DNA from: an uncultured Collinsella sp.
GTDB taxonomy: Bacteria > Actinomycetota > Coriobacteriia > Coriobacteriales > Coriobacteriaceae
Reading direction: 5' to 3'
DNA length: 64,000 bases
Assembly: GCA_902496335.1 (NCBI GenBank)
Contig: CABVAO010000002.1
Location: 29,028 to 93,027 of the forward strand
The notes under the pieces were generated by a model. The model saw only the letters and a program-made list of their open reading frames with translations. It searched no databases and was not told the DNA's origin. Shown in pieces: positions 1 through 9,443 of the stretch. The position numbers and the translations under genes are program-made. Position 1 is the first letter of the stretch. Every line of letters starts with the position of its first letter.

Positions 1-1
1 T

Positions 2-1114
2 GCTCTCGCCGATCCCGATAAGATCGTGCTGGTGCAGATCGCGCCGGCCGTGCGCAGCGCCTGGGGCGAGGAGCTCGGCATATCTCGCGAGGAGGCCACC
101 GTTGAGCGCTTGGCCTGCGCACTGCGCCGCGTTGGCTTTGAGTACGTGTTCGACACCGATTTCTCGGCCGACCTCACCATTATGGAAGAGGGCTCCGAAC
201 TGCTCGAGCGCCTGGGTAAGGCCGCCAAGGGCGAGGACGACAGCCGCGGTTGGCCCATGTTTACGAGCTGCTGCCCGGGCTGGGTACGCTTTGTGAAGGC
301 ACGTTACCCCGAGTTTGTCGACAGCCTGTCCACGTCAAAGTCGCCGCAGCAGATGTTCGGCGCCATCGCCAAGACCTACTACGCCAAGGTACTGGGCGTG
401 GAGCCCGAGCGTCTGTTTGTGGTGTCCGTGATGCCGTGCACGGCCAAGAAGGCCGAGTGCGCGTTACCGAGCATGGTGGGCGAGGACGGTACGCCCGATG
501 TGGACGTTGCGCTGACGGTGCGCGAGATGGTGCGCATGATCCGCGCGAGCCACGTGAGCGTGGATACGCTGGTTGAGGAGCCGCTCGATACGCCGCTGGG
601 CTTTGGCACGGGCGCGGGTGTGATCTTTGGCGCCACGGGCGGCGTGATGGAGGCCGCCGTGCGCTCGGCCTATTACCTGGTGACGGGCAAGAACCCCGAC
701 GCCGACTTTTTTACCGATGTGCGCGGGCTGGACGGCTGGAAGGAGGCCGTGGCCGATATCGATGGCACCAAGGTACGCGTCGCCGTGGCACACGGGCTGG
801 GCAATGCCGCCCGTCTGCTCGACGCGATTCGCGACGGCCGCGTGAGCTATGACTTCGTTGAGGTCATGGCATGCCCGGGCGGCTGCGTCGGTGGCGGCGG
901 TCAGCCCATCCACGACGGCTGCGAGCTGGCAGCCGAGCGCGGTCAGGTGCTGTGGGGTCTGGATGCCGCTGCGGACATTCGCTTCTCGCACGAGAATCCC
1001 GATGTCCAGGCGTGCTACCGCGAGTTCTTGGGCGAGCCGCTCTCGCCGCTGGCCGAGGAGCTGCTGCATACCGACCATCACGCATGGACGATGCCTAACG
1101 AGGGGACGTGCTAG
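2..1114 (+). CDS. [FeFe]-hydrogenase, H-cluster domain (5'-partial; starts upstream of the window)
   Basis: The three H-cluster motifs TSCCPGW, MPCTAKKAE and EVMACPGGCVGGGGQP are present, plus the C-terminal SHENP...LLHT small-subunit-like segment. The frame is open back to position 2. Confidence 0.95.
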   Translation, partial: ALADPDKIVLVQIAPAVRSAWGEELGISREEATVERLACALRRVGFEYVFDTDFSADLTIMEEGSELLERLGKAAKGEDDSRGWPMFTSCCPGWVRFVKARYPEFVDSLSTSKSPQQMFGAIAKTYYAKVLGVEPERLFVVSVMPCTAKKAECALPSMVGEDGTPDVDVALTVREMVRMIRASHVSVDTLVEEPLDTPLGFGTGAGVIFGATGGVMEAAVRSAYYLVTGKNPDADFFTDVRGLDGWKEAVADIDGTKVRVAVAHGLGNAARLLDAIRDGRVSYDFVEVMACPGGCVGGGGQPIHDGCELAAERGQVLWGLDAAADIRFSHENPDVQACYREFLGEPLSPLAEELLHTDHHAWTMPNEGTC

Positions 1115-1116
1115 CG

Positions 1117-2172
1117 ATGCGCGCGTTTGATTTTGAGATGTCGCGCCGGGGGTTTGCCTCGGCGCTCGCCGCGGGCGCCCTGTCGCTTGCGCTCGCGGGC
1201 TGTGGCGGCGGGGCTGCTGGTACCGGGTCCGCCGCGGGCTCGGCTGCCACGGACGGCGCCGGTGCTGCTGCAGAGCCGGTCGAGGTGCACGTCGCCTCGC
1301 TCAAGGGGCCGACCTCGATTGGTCTGGTGCAGTTTATGGACCGGGCGGCCGATGGCGAGACGGACAATGAGTTCGACTTTGCGATCAATACTGCCGCCGA
1401 TGAGATTGTGCCCAAGGTCATTCAGGGCGATATCGACATTGCCCTGGTGCCCGCCAACGTGGCGAGCGTACTCTACAACAAGACCGAGGGCGCGGTGCAG
1501 GTCATCGACATCAACACGCTGGGTGTGCTGAATGTGGTGACGGGCGACGCGAATGTGGCCTCGTTTGGCGATCTGGCGGGTCGCACCGTCTACATGACGG
1601 GCAAGGGCACCACGCCAGAGTACGTCATGAACTTCCTGCTGGAGCGCACGGGCCTGACCGGCCAGGTGACGCTCGAGTTTAAGAGCGAGCCCACCGAGGT
1701 GCTGTCGGCCCTGCTTGCCGATCCTTCTGCCGTGGGCGTGCTGCCGGAGCCGTTCAAGACCGCTGCCATCGCCAAGAGCGAAGGCAAGCTGTCAGCGCCG
1801 GTAAGCCTGACCGATGTGTGGGATGAGCTGGCGGATGACACGGGTTCGCGCCTGCTGACGGGCGTGACCGTGGTGCGCCGCGCGTTTGCCGAGGAACATC
1901 CCGAGGCCGTGGCGGAGTTCTTGAGCTGCCATGCGGCGAGCTTTAAGGCTGTCAATGTGTCACCGGCAGACTGGGCGCAGACCGTGGTCGATGCCGGCAT
2001 CGTGGACAACGCCAAGATCGCCGAGAAGGCGATTCCCGGGTGCATGCTTGTCTGCCAGACGGGCAAGGATATGAAGGCGGCACTTAGTGGGTATCTGCAG
2101 GTGCTGGCCGACGCGGACGCGAGCGCCGTGGGTGGTAAACTTCCGGCTGACGATTTCTACTACATGGAGTAG
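1117..2172 (+). CDS. ABC transporter substrate-binding lipoprotein, NitT/TauT/SsuA family
   Basis: Twin-arginine-like SRRGFA, lipobox LAGC, and the family-like segments KGPTSIG and GDIDIALVPANVAS. Lies directly upstream of a permease/ATPase gene. Confidence 0.85.
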   Translation: MRAFDFEMSRRGFASALAAGALSLALAGCGGGAAGTGSAAGSAATDGAGAAAEPVEVHVASLKGPTSIGLVQFMDRAADGETDNEFDFAINTAADEIVPKVIQGDIDIALVPANVASVLYNKTEGAVQVIDINTLGVLNVVTGDANVASFGDLAGRTVYMTGKGTTPEYVMNFLLERTGLTGQVTLEFKSEPTEVLSALLADPSAVGVLPEPFKTAAIAKSEGKLSAPVSLTDVWDELADDTGSRLLTGVTVVRRAFAEEHPEAVAEFLSCHAASFKAVNVSPADWAQTVVDAGIVDNAKIAEKAIPGCMLVCQTGKDMKAALSGYLQVLADADASAVGGKLPADDFYYME

Positions 2173-2175
2173 CCC

Positions 2176-3552
2176 GTGCGTGCGTTTGCTCGACACATGA
2201 CAGAGCGAATGAAGGCGGTGACGGCAGCAGGTGCCGTTGCCGCCTTTTGGCTTGCCGTGTGGGTGCTGGTAGCGGGTCTTGTGGCGCAGCCGTTGATTTT
2301 GCCGGGTCCGGGTGCTGTTGCCTTGGCACTGCTGCGCCTGGTGTGCGATGGCGGCACCTGGGCGATTTTGGCGGGCTCGGGCGCGCGAATACTGGGCGGG
2401 CTGGCGCTTGCCGCGGTGTGTGGTGGCGTGCTTGCCGGGATTTCGTCACGTTCGCGGGCGTTTGCGCACCTGGTGGCTCCGGCACTGTCGTTTGTAAAGG
2501 CGACACCGGTTGCCTGCGTGGTGGTCCTGCTGCTTATCTGGCTGGGGTCGGCGCGCGTGAGCATCGCGGCGGTCTTTTTGATGGCGCTGCCGGGCGTGTA
2601 TTTTTCGCTGGCCGAGGGGCTGGCTCAGGTGAATAAACCGCTGGAGCAGATGTTTCGCCTGCATGGCGTGCGCGGCTGGCGCCTGTTTTGCGCCCATACC
2701 TGGCGCGAAGTCCTGCCGTTTGTGCTTTCGTGCGCCCGCGCCGTGATCGGCATGAGCTGGAAGGCCGGCGTGGCAGCCGAGCTGATCGGCATGGCGGTGG
2801 GCACCGTGGGCGAGCGCATCTATCAGGCAAAGCTTTTGATTGAGACGGCTGATTTGCTGGCGTGGACCGTGCTGGTCGTTGCCGCCTCGTGGGCGTGTGA
2901 GCGCGTGCTGGTGTGGCTGCTGCGGGTTTCGGGACCCGTGGCGTGGCGCGCGGCCGTGCGGGCGCATGGGCATGGACTGCGCGGGCGTGCGGGGGCTGCG
3001 AGCGATGGCGCCGCAGCGGAGCTTGCGCTTGCCGTGGGCGATCGTGCGCCCTGGGCACCGGCGCTGGATGGTCTGGTGCTCAACGTGCCTGCGGGTGGGC
3101 GTATCTGCGTGATGGGCGCTTCGGGCATGGGCAAGTCGACGCTGCTTTCGTTGACAGCGGGGGAGTGCGCGCCGTGCTCGATGGTGTTTCAGGATGCACG
3201 CTTGGTAGAGGGCAGCTCGGCTTTGGATAACGTGCTGGTGTGTGCCGATGCGCGCGTGGATGCTTCGAACGCTACGACCTTGCTGCGCCGGTTGGTGCCG
3301 GGAATCGACGTGCATGTTCGCGTGGCTGAGCTTTCGGGCGGGCAGCGCCGTCGTGTCGAGATCGCTCGAGCCCTGCTGTGTGGCGGCTGTGCCGTCATTC
3401 TGGATGAGCCCTTTACCGGCCTGGACGCCGCCGCGCGCGATGCGACGGCCGAGGCCGTGCTCGACCTGCTCGACGGCCGCACGCTGTTGCTTGCCACGCA
3501 TGACGCTGCCGACGTTCAGGCCCTCGATATCTCGGACATCATCACGCTCTAA
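2176..3552 (+). CDS. Fused ABC permease (SsuC/TauC-like) and ATP-binding domain
   Basis: Hydrophobic N-half with WKAGVAAELIG. C-half has Walker A GASGMGKST, Q-loop MVFQD, signature LSGGQ, Walker B ILDEP and H-loop ATHD. Start codon uncertain. Confidence 0.85.
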   Translation: MRAFARHMTERMKAVTAAGAVAAFWLAVWVLVAGLVAQPLILPGPGAVALALLRLVCDGGTWAILAGSGARILGGLALAAVCGGVLAGISSRSRAFAHLVAPALSFVKATPVACVVVLLLIWLGSARVSIAAVFLMALPGVYFSLAEGLAQVNKPLEQMFRLHGVRGWRLFCAHTWREVLPFVLSCARAVIGMSWKAGVAAELIGMAVGTVGERIYQAKLLIETADLLAWTVLVVAASWACERVLVWLLRVSGPVAWRAAVRAHGHGLRGRAGAASDGAAAELALAVGDRAPWAPALDGLVLNVPAGGRICVMGASGMGKSTLLSLTAGECAPCSMVFQDARLVEGSSALDNVLVCADARVDASNATTLLRRLVPGIDVHVRVAELSGGQRRRVEIARALLCGGCAVILDEPFTGLDAAARDATAEAVLDLLDGRTLLLATHDAADVQALDISDIITL

Positions 3553-3571
3553 ATACTAACTGAGCAACAAA

Positions 3572-3595
3572 ATGATTCGTTTTCCTCCGTCCCCA
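3572..3595. repeat. GGGACGG-core REP-like repeat (inverted copy of 16700-16723)
   Basis: Its reverse complement TGGGGACGGAGGAAAACGAATCAT matches 16700-16723 at 22/24 positions. Confidence 0.6.
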
Positions 3596-3767
3596 TGGGG
3601 TCGGGTGTGGTATTCTATCTGCGGGGTAATACTTAGGAATACCAAGTAATACCAACGCCGCAGAAACAAACTCCGGATGCGGGCCAATCGGGTTGCCTTC
3701 ACAGCCCGTCGCCCAGCCGCGTGGCCCGCATCTATCCGCACTACCGTCGTTTCAAAAAGGAAGCGCC

Positions 3768-3989
3768 ATGGCAGAACACATGACCCCCGTAGTCGCGAAG
3801 GTCTTGCCCGAGGAGAAGGCAGCCTTCGCGGCGGCAACCCAGCTCGTGGGCACCACGCCGTCCAACGCCATCCGCATGTTTATCGCCGCGTTCAATCGCT
3901 GCGGCACCTTCCCGTTCGACATCTCGCCCAGCGGGGCCTTTGGCAAAGAGTGTCCCCAACAGCTAGTCGTTGAAGAACGTCCCCAATGA
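3768..3989 (+). CDS. RelB/DinJ-family antitoxin-like ribbon-helix-helix protein
   Basis: 73 aa after an AAAGGAAG RBS. Pattern EKAAF...GTTPSNAIRMFI...GTFPFDI resembles RelB/DinJ. Confidence 0.7.
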   Translation: MAEHMTPVVAKVLPEEKAAFAAATQLVGTTPSNAIRMFIAAFNRCGTFPFDISPSGAFGKECPQQLVVEERPQ

Positions 3990-4012
3990 CTAGTCGTCGG
4001 GAGGAGGTTGGC

Positions 4013-4924
4013 ATGCTCAATGCGATGATTTGGGCGCTTGCCTGTTTTGGCGTCGTCGCTGCCGATATTGCCCTGAGCGTCGTTTTGTTTTCCGCCCTTG
4101 GCGTCGCATCGGTGTTCATGGGTTTTTCGATCGATGACCTCGACATTCAATTGCTTCAGGCCGTCGCGCAGACAGCATCGTTTTTGATGGCGCTGCTGTG
4201 GTGGCGTTATCTGTGGCCGCGTTCGTTTATGGCACGCCGGCAAAGCGAGCACCCGCTCGGCGGGGGAGCGCGTGGGGCGTGGAAACGCATCGCCTGCGTT
4301 ATCGTGATCGGCCTGGCCCTGCAGGTGGTTGTTGGCTACGTGACCGACGCCGCGCTGTCGTTGTTGCCCGATGCCGCGGCCGACTACAGCGAGCTTGTCG
4401 AGGAAACAGGCATGGGCGACACCAGCTATCTCGCCGTCCTGACCACGGTGCTCGGCGCCCCGTTTTGTGAAGAGCTGCTGGTGCGCGGCATTATTTTTGA
4501 GTTTTCGCTCCGAGCGTTTAATCCGCAGTGCCGCCCACTTTGGAAGCGCCGGCGTCGTGCGAGCGCGCAGGACGGCGCCATGGTGCCCTGGGCGGCCCCA
4601 AGCACGTGGGGTATCGCTGCGGCGATTGTGCTGCAGGCGGCAATCTTCGGCTTTATGCACATGAATTGGGTGCAAGGTTGCTACGCGGGTGCCGCCGGCC
4701 TCATCTTTGGTTGGGTGCTCGTGACGACCGGAAAGCTCCGCTACACGATCCTGCTGCACTTTGCCTTTAATGCCGGGTCGTATCTCATGACGTTGCTCTG
4801 GTTTGTGAACACCTCGCTCGACGTGGTGGTCACGGTCGCCATCGCCGGCGTCATCCTCGTTGAGGCAATGCGCTCGCTGCGCCACGCGTGTGGGATGGAC
4901 GCAGCGAGCGCACCGCTGCCCTAG
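4013..4924 (+). CDS. CPBP (CAAX protease/Abi) family intramembrane metalloprotease
   Basis: Motifs EELLVRG, FGFMH and LLHFAFN; multiple TM segments; GGAGGAGG RBS before ATG 4013. Confidence 0.9.
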   Translation: MLNAMIWALACFGVVAADIALSVVLFSALGVASVFMGFSIDDLDIQLLQAVAQTASFLMALLWWRYLWPRSFMARRQSEHPLGGGARGAWKRIACVIVIGLALQVVVGYVTDAALSLLPDAAADYSELVEETGMGDTSYLAVLTTVLGAPFCEELLVRGIIFEFSLRAFNPQCRPLWKRRRRASAQDGAMVPWAAPSTWGIAAAIVLQAAIFGFMHMNWVQGCYAGAAGLIFGWVLVTTGKLRYTILLHFAFNAGSYLMTLLWFVNTSLDVVVTVAIAGVILVEAMRSLRHACGMDAASAPLP

Positions 4925-7056
4925 TTGCGCCTGCCGCCTCCGTTGGCGCCCTGCCGTCCCTGGGCCGCGCGATTGCGACCTGCGGTGTTTTGCGCACGCG
5001 ACATGCCGCCGTGGCCCTTGCTGCCCTTGGGTCCCTTGCCGGCGGCGCCACCGTGGGCCTTGCCGCCCTTCTTGCCGGTGCCATGCCCGCCGCTGGCCGA
5101 TGTCTCGCCCGGGCGCGGCGGCACGGGACGGATCAGGCAATGCTTGGTGTAGCCGATTAGATCTCGGCGGCCAGCTTTTTCCAGCGCCTCGCGCACAAGC
5201 TTGTAGTTCTCGGGCTTGCGGTATTGGATGAGCGCACGCTGCATGGCCTTTTCGTGTGGGTCGCGCGCCACGTAGATCGGCTGCATGGTGCGCGGGTCCA
5301 CGCCGGTGTAGTACATGCATGTCGACATGGTGGACGGCGTGGGGTAGAAGTCCTGCACCTGCTCGGGCATGTAGCCCATGTCGCGCACGGCCTCGGCAAG
5401 GTCCACGGCTTCCTTCATCGTCGAGCCGGGGTGGCTCGAGATCAGATACGGCACCACATACTGCTTGAGTCCGTATTCGCGGTTCAGGCGTTCAAATTTA
5501 CGGCAGAACGCGTTGTAGACGGCGCGGCTCGGCTTGCCCATCACGGACAACACCGCGTCGCTCACGTGCTCGGGCGCTACGCGCAGCTGGCCCGAGACAT
5601 GGTGCTCCAGCAGCTCGCGCAAAAACTCGTCCGAGGCATCGGCCATGGTGTAGTCAAAGCGGATGCCGCTGCGCACGAAGACCTTTTTGACGCCCGGCAG
5701 CTGGCGCAGGTCGCGCAGCAGCTGTGTGTAGCCGCTCTCGTCGACCACCATGTTCTTGCACACGCTCGGCCACAGGCAGCGCTTGTTCTTGCACACGCCG
5801 TGCTTGAGCTGTTTGTCGCAGGCAGGGCGGCTAAAGTTTGCCGTCGGTCCGCCCACGTCGTTGATGTAGCCCTTAAACTCGGGGTCGCGCGTGAGCAGCT
5901 CGGCCTCGCGCATAATCGAGTCGTGACTGCGCATCTGCAGCACGCGGCCCTGGTGGAAGGTGAGGGCGCAAAACGAGCACTCGCCAAAACAGCCGCGGTT
6001 GGAGCTAATGGAAAACTTGATCTCGGCAAAGGCCGGCACGCCGCCCGCCGCGTCGTAGTCGGGATGCCAATCGCGTGCGTAGGGGAGCTCGGCCACCTCG
6101 TCCATCTCGTCGGTGGTGAGCGTCGCCGACGGCGGGTTCTGCACCACGAACACGCCGTTGGGGTAGGGCTCTACCAGGCGGTGTCCGGTGATGGGGTCCA
6201 TATTCTGCTGCTGCACATTGAAGCTGCGTGCGTAGTTGAGCTTGTCGGCGGCAAGGTCGTCCCAGCTGGGCAGCAGGTCGTAGTCGTAGACCTCGTCGAG
6301 CGAACCCGTGCGGTAGACGGTGCCGTTGATATAGGTGATCTGATCGACGGGCAGCCCCGCGTCGAGCGCGTCGGCAATCTCGACAATCGCGTGCTCGCCC
6401 ATGCCGTAGATGAGGATGTCGGCGCCCGAGTCGAGCAGTACCGAACGCTTGAGCTTGTCCTGCCAGTAGTCGTAGTGGGCCAGACGGCGTAGGCTCGCCT
6501 CGATGCCGCCGATGATGATGGGAGCGTCCTTGAACGTCTGGCGGATGAGGTTGCCGTAGACCGTGACGGCACGATTGGGACGGCGCCCCTCCTCGCCACC
6601 AGGGGTATAGGCGTCGGTGTGGCGGCGGTGCTTGGTCACCGAATAGTGGTTGACCATGGAGTCCATGTTGCCGGCACTGACCAAAAAGCCCAGGCGCGGC
6701 TCACCGAGTACGCTGATGCTGGCGGGATCGGTCCAGTCAGGCTGGCAGATGATGCCCACTTTGTAACCGTGTGCATCGAGTACGCGGCTGATGATGGCCA
6801 TGCCAAAGCTGGGATGGTCCACGTAGGCGTCGCCGCAGATGTAGACAAAGTCGCACTGGTCCCAGCCGCGCGCATCCATGTCGGCGCGGCTGACGGGGAG
6901 GAACTTGTCGCGGCCCGGGCGCCAGGGGCGGACAGGCGCTGCAGAGGCATGCGTGGGTCGCGAGTCCTGCGCCTTACCGCCGCGCTTTTGCTGCTGGCCC
7001 TGTTTGCCCTGCTGACTACGCTGGTTGTTCTGAGCGTGCTGAGGCTTTTTTGCCAC
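4921..7056 (-). CDS. YgiQ (UPF0313) family radical SAM protein
   Basis: GDAYVDHPSFG, GNMDSMVNHY, CFGECSFC (CxxxCxxC) and QVQDFYPTP. GTG start at 7056 with a GGGAGG RBS. Confidence 0.92.
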   Translation of the reverse strand: MAKKPQHAQNNQRSQQGKQGQQQKRGGKAQDSRPTHASAAPVRPWRPGRDKFLPVSRADMDARGWDQCDFVYICGDAYVDHPSFGMAIISRVLDAHGYKVGIICQPDWTDPASISVLGEPRLGFLVSAGNMDSMVNHYSVTKHRRHTDAYTPGGEEGRRPNRAVTVYGNLIRQTFKDAPIIIGGIEASLRRLAHYDYWQDKLKRSVLLDSGADILIYGMGEHAIVEIADALDAGLPVDQITYINGTVYRTGSLDEVYDYDLLPSWDDLAADKLNYARSFNVQQQNMDPITGHRLVEPYPNGVFVVQNPPSATLTTDEMDEVAELPYARDWHPDYDAAGGVPAFAEIKFSISSNRGCFGECSFCALTFHQGRVLQMRSHDSIMREAELLTRDPEFKGYINDVGGPTANFSRPACDKQLKHGVCKNKRCLWPSVCKNMVVDESGYTQLLRDLRQLPGVKKVFVRSGIRFDYTMADASDEFLRELLEHHVSGQLRVAPEHVSDAVLSVMGKPSRAVYNAFCRKFERLNREYGLKQYVVPYLISSHPGSTMKEAVDLAEAVRDMGYMPEQVQDFYPTPSTMSTCMYYTGVDPRTMQPIYVARDPHEKAMQRALIQYRKPENYKLVREALEKAGRRDLIGYTKHCLIRPVPPRPGETSASGGHGTGKKGGKAHGGAAGKGPKGSKGHGGMSRAQNTAGRNRAAQGRQGANGGGRRN

Positions 7057-7093
7057 GATCCCTCCCGGTGTTTGTATGCTGCACGTAATTGTA

Positions 7094-7128
7094 ACCAGTC
7101 TTTTTGGGACGGGGCTAAAAAGACTGGT
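7094..7128. repeat. GGGACGGGG-loop palindrome (REP-like)
   Basis: 12-bp arms ACCAGTCTTTTT / AAAAAGACTGGT around GGGACGGGGCT. Confidence 0.65.
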
Positions 7129-7309
7129 GGAGTACACGAGCTGGCGGATCGGCGTGTCGATGCGGGTGTCGTTTGTTTCCAGACTGTGTATCCCTGTGTC
7201 GAAGGGGTCGTCTCGCGCGCACGCCATGTTGTCAATGGGTTACAGTATGAACGGCGGCTATGTTTCCGCCAACGCACGAGAGAGTCGTCAACAAGGAGGA
7301 TGCACGACG

Positions 7310-8026
7310 ATGCAGCGTGCCAAACAGATATCGGAGTCTATTGAGCTGGGCATCATCTTGGCGCTCGCCGGTGGCTTTATGGACGTGTATTCGTACATTG
7401 GGCGCGACCATGTTTTCGCCAACGCGCAGACGGGCAACATCTTGCTCGTGGGCGTGAGCATCTCGGAGGGCAACTGGGCACTTGCGGGGCGCTACTTCTT
7501 CCCTGTGGTGTCGTTTGCCGTGGGTATTATGCTTGCCGACCTGGTACACGAGCGGTTTGGCAGTGTGATCCACTGGCGTCAGGTGACGGTGTTCTTTGAA
7601 GCCGTCATCTTGCTGGGCGTGAGCTTTATCCCCGGTGGCGGTTACAATCTGCTCGCTAACTGCCTCACCTCGTTTGCCTGCGGCATGCAGGTTGAGAGCT
7701 TCCGCAAGATACATGGTCACGGCATCGCCACGACCATGTGCATCGGCAACTTGCGCAACGCGCTGCAAAACGTGGACGATTACATCATCACCCACAGGCG
7801 CGGCTTTTTGGAAAACGGCCTGCTGTACTTTGGCGTGATCTTTACCTTTGTGTTTGGCGCCGTGTTGGGCAACTGGTGTATTGAGCGCATGGGCCTGCAC
7901 GCCATCGTCGTGGCGAGCTTGCTGCTGTTTGTCGCGTTTGCCATCATGTTCATCGACCGCGAGCGCGACTTGCGCTTACGCTGGAAGGTTGCGGCCGAGG
8001 CTTGGAAAGAGGGCTGCCGAAAGTAA
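7310..8026 (+). CDS. YoaK/DUF1275 family membrane protein
   Basis: GGFMDVYSY...FANAQTGN, GMQ..F and TTMCIGNL motifs; AAGGAGG RBS. Confidence 0.88.
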   Translation: MQRAKQISESIELGIILALAGGFMDVYSYIGRDHVFANAQTGNILLVGVSISEGNWALAGRYFFPVVSFAVGIMLADLVHERFGSVIHWRQVTVFFEAVILLGVSFIPGGGYNLLANCLTSFACGMQVESFRKIHGHGIATTMCIGNLRNALQNVDDYIITHRRGFLENGLLYFGVIFTFVFGAVLGNWCIERMGLHAIVVASLLLFVAFAIMFIDRERDLRLRWKVAAEAWKEGCRK

Positions 8027-8031
8027 CCGAA

Positions 8032-8068
8032 TGCGGCAAAGGGGCTGTCCCTTTGCCGCAATATTTTT
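8032..8068 (+). terminator. Intrinsic terminator after the DUF1275 gene
   Basis: TGCGGCAAAGGG / CCCTTTGCCGCA stem followed by a T-run. Confidence 0.75.
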
Positions 8069-8191
8069 CATCGTCTGTTGAAACGCTTTAAATAGTTTGA
8101 CGTTCTCACGCGTTTTTTGTTTCAAAAGCGTTAGGATGGGACTCATAGCGTGGGGCGTAATGGGTGCCTCGCACACGATGGGAGGCTATCA

Positions 8192-9358
8192 ATGGCTAAT
8201 CGTTTCGTTCTCAATACCATCTCTTATCATGGTTCCGGCGCCATCAAGGAGATCCCCGGCGAGCTCCAGCGTCGCGGCTACAAGAAGATCTTCGTCTGCT
8301 CCGATCCCGATCTGGTCAAGTTTGGCGTTACCGCCAAGGTGACCGACGAGCTCGACGCCGCTGGCATCGCCTGGAGCCTCTACTCCGAGATCAAGCCCAA
8401 CCCCACGATTCAGAACGTCAAGGACGGCGTCGAGGCCTTCAAGGCCGCCGAGGCTGACGCTATCGTGACCATCGGTGGCGGCTCCTCCATGGACACCGCT
8501 AAGGCCATCGGCATCATCATCAACAACCCCGAGTTTGCCGATGTCCGCAGCCTCGAGGGCGTTGCTCCCACCAAGAACCATGCCGTGTTCACTATCGCTG
8601 TGCCGACGACCGCCGGTACCGCCGCTGAGGTGACCATCAACTACGTCATCACCGACCCCGAGAAGGTCCGCAAGTTCGTGTGCGTCGACACCAACGATGC
8701 CCCCGAGGTCGCTGTCGTCGATCCCGACATGATGGCTTCCATGCCCGCCGGCCTGACCGCTTCCACTGGCATGGACGCACTGACCCACGCCATCGAGGGC
8801 TACACCACCAAGGGCGCCTGGGAGCTTTCCGACATGTTCCACTTCGAGGCTATAAAGCTGATCAGCGAGAACCTGCGCGACTCTGTCGCCGAGGCCAAGT
8901 CCGGTCAGCCCGGTTCCGGCCGCGAGGGCATGGCCCTTGGCCAGTATGTCGCCGGCATGGGCTTCTCCAATGTCGGCCTGGGCATCGACCACGCCATGGC
9001 TCACACCCTGTCCGCTCACTACGACACCCCGCACGGCGTCGCTTGCGCCATGCTGCTGCCGATCGCCATGGAGTTCAACAAGCCGGTTTGCGCCGAGCGC
9101 CTGGCCAAGGTCGCCGTCGCCATGGGCGTTGACACCACGGGCATGAGCACTGACGAGGCCGCCGACGCCGCCATCGCCGCCGTCAAGCAGCTTTCCGCCG
9201 ACGTGAACATCCCGCACGTCTGCGAGGCCATGAAGGCTGACGAGATCGAGGTCCTGGCTAAGGACGCCATGGCCGACGCTTGCTTCCCGGGTAACCCGCG
9301 CGAGGCGACGCTCGACGACGTCATCGAGCTCTTCAAGAAGATCTGCCCGGCTGCCTAG
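8192..9358 (+). CDS. fucO: Lactaldehyde reductase (iron-containing alcohol dehydrogenase)
   Basis: N-terminus MANRFVLN; motifs GGGSSMD, PTTAGTAAEVT, DALTHAIEGY, GMALGQYVAGMGFSNVGLG and PHG; GGGAGG RBS. Confidence 0.85.
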   Translation: MANRFVLNTISYHGSGAIKEIPGELQRRGYKKIFVCSDPDLVKFGVTAKVTDELDAAGIAWSLYSEIKPNPTIQNVKDGVEAFKAAEADAIVTIGGGSSMDTAKAIGIIINNPEFADVRSLEGVAPTKNHAVFTIAVPTTAGTAAEVTINYVITDPEKVRKFVCVDTNDAPEVAVVDPDMMASMPAGLTASTGMDALTHAIEGYTTKGAWELSDMFHFEAIKLISENLRDSVAEAKSGQPGSGREGMALGQYVAGMGFSNVGLGIDHAMAHTLSAHYDTPHGVACAMLLPIAMEFNKPVCAERLAKVAVAMGVDTTGMSTDEAADAAIAAVKQLSADVNIPHVCEAMKADEIEVLAKDAMADACFPGNPREATLDDVIELFKKICPAA

Positions 9359-9411
9359 CCTAGTTTGGTGTTCTTTCGCCTGTAGGCGTATGGTCTTTTG
9401 ACTTGCCACTG

Positions 9412-9443
9412 GCCCCGCCGCGCTACGCGCGGCGGGGCTTTTT
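9412..9443 (+). terminator. Intrinsic terminator after fucO
   Basis: GCCCCGCCGCG / CGCGGCGGGGC stem followed by TTTTT. Confidence 0.85.

Noticed and set aside
7076..7309. N-terminal extensions given by the ORF track (e.g. 7076, 7227, 34427, 40683, 53634)
   Set aside because: Downstream starts have clear RBSs and match family N-termini; the extensions overlap regulatory regions or other genes.
8078..8095. Rex or cre operator upstream of fucO (TTGAAACGCTTTAA)
   Set aside because: Only weakly palindromic; cannot be distinguished from AT-rich promoter sequence.
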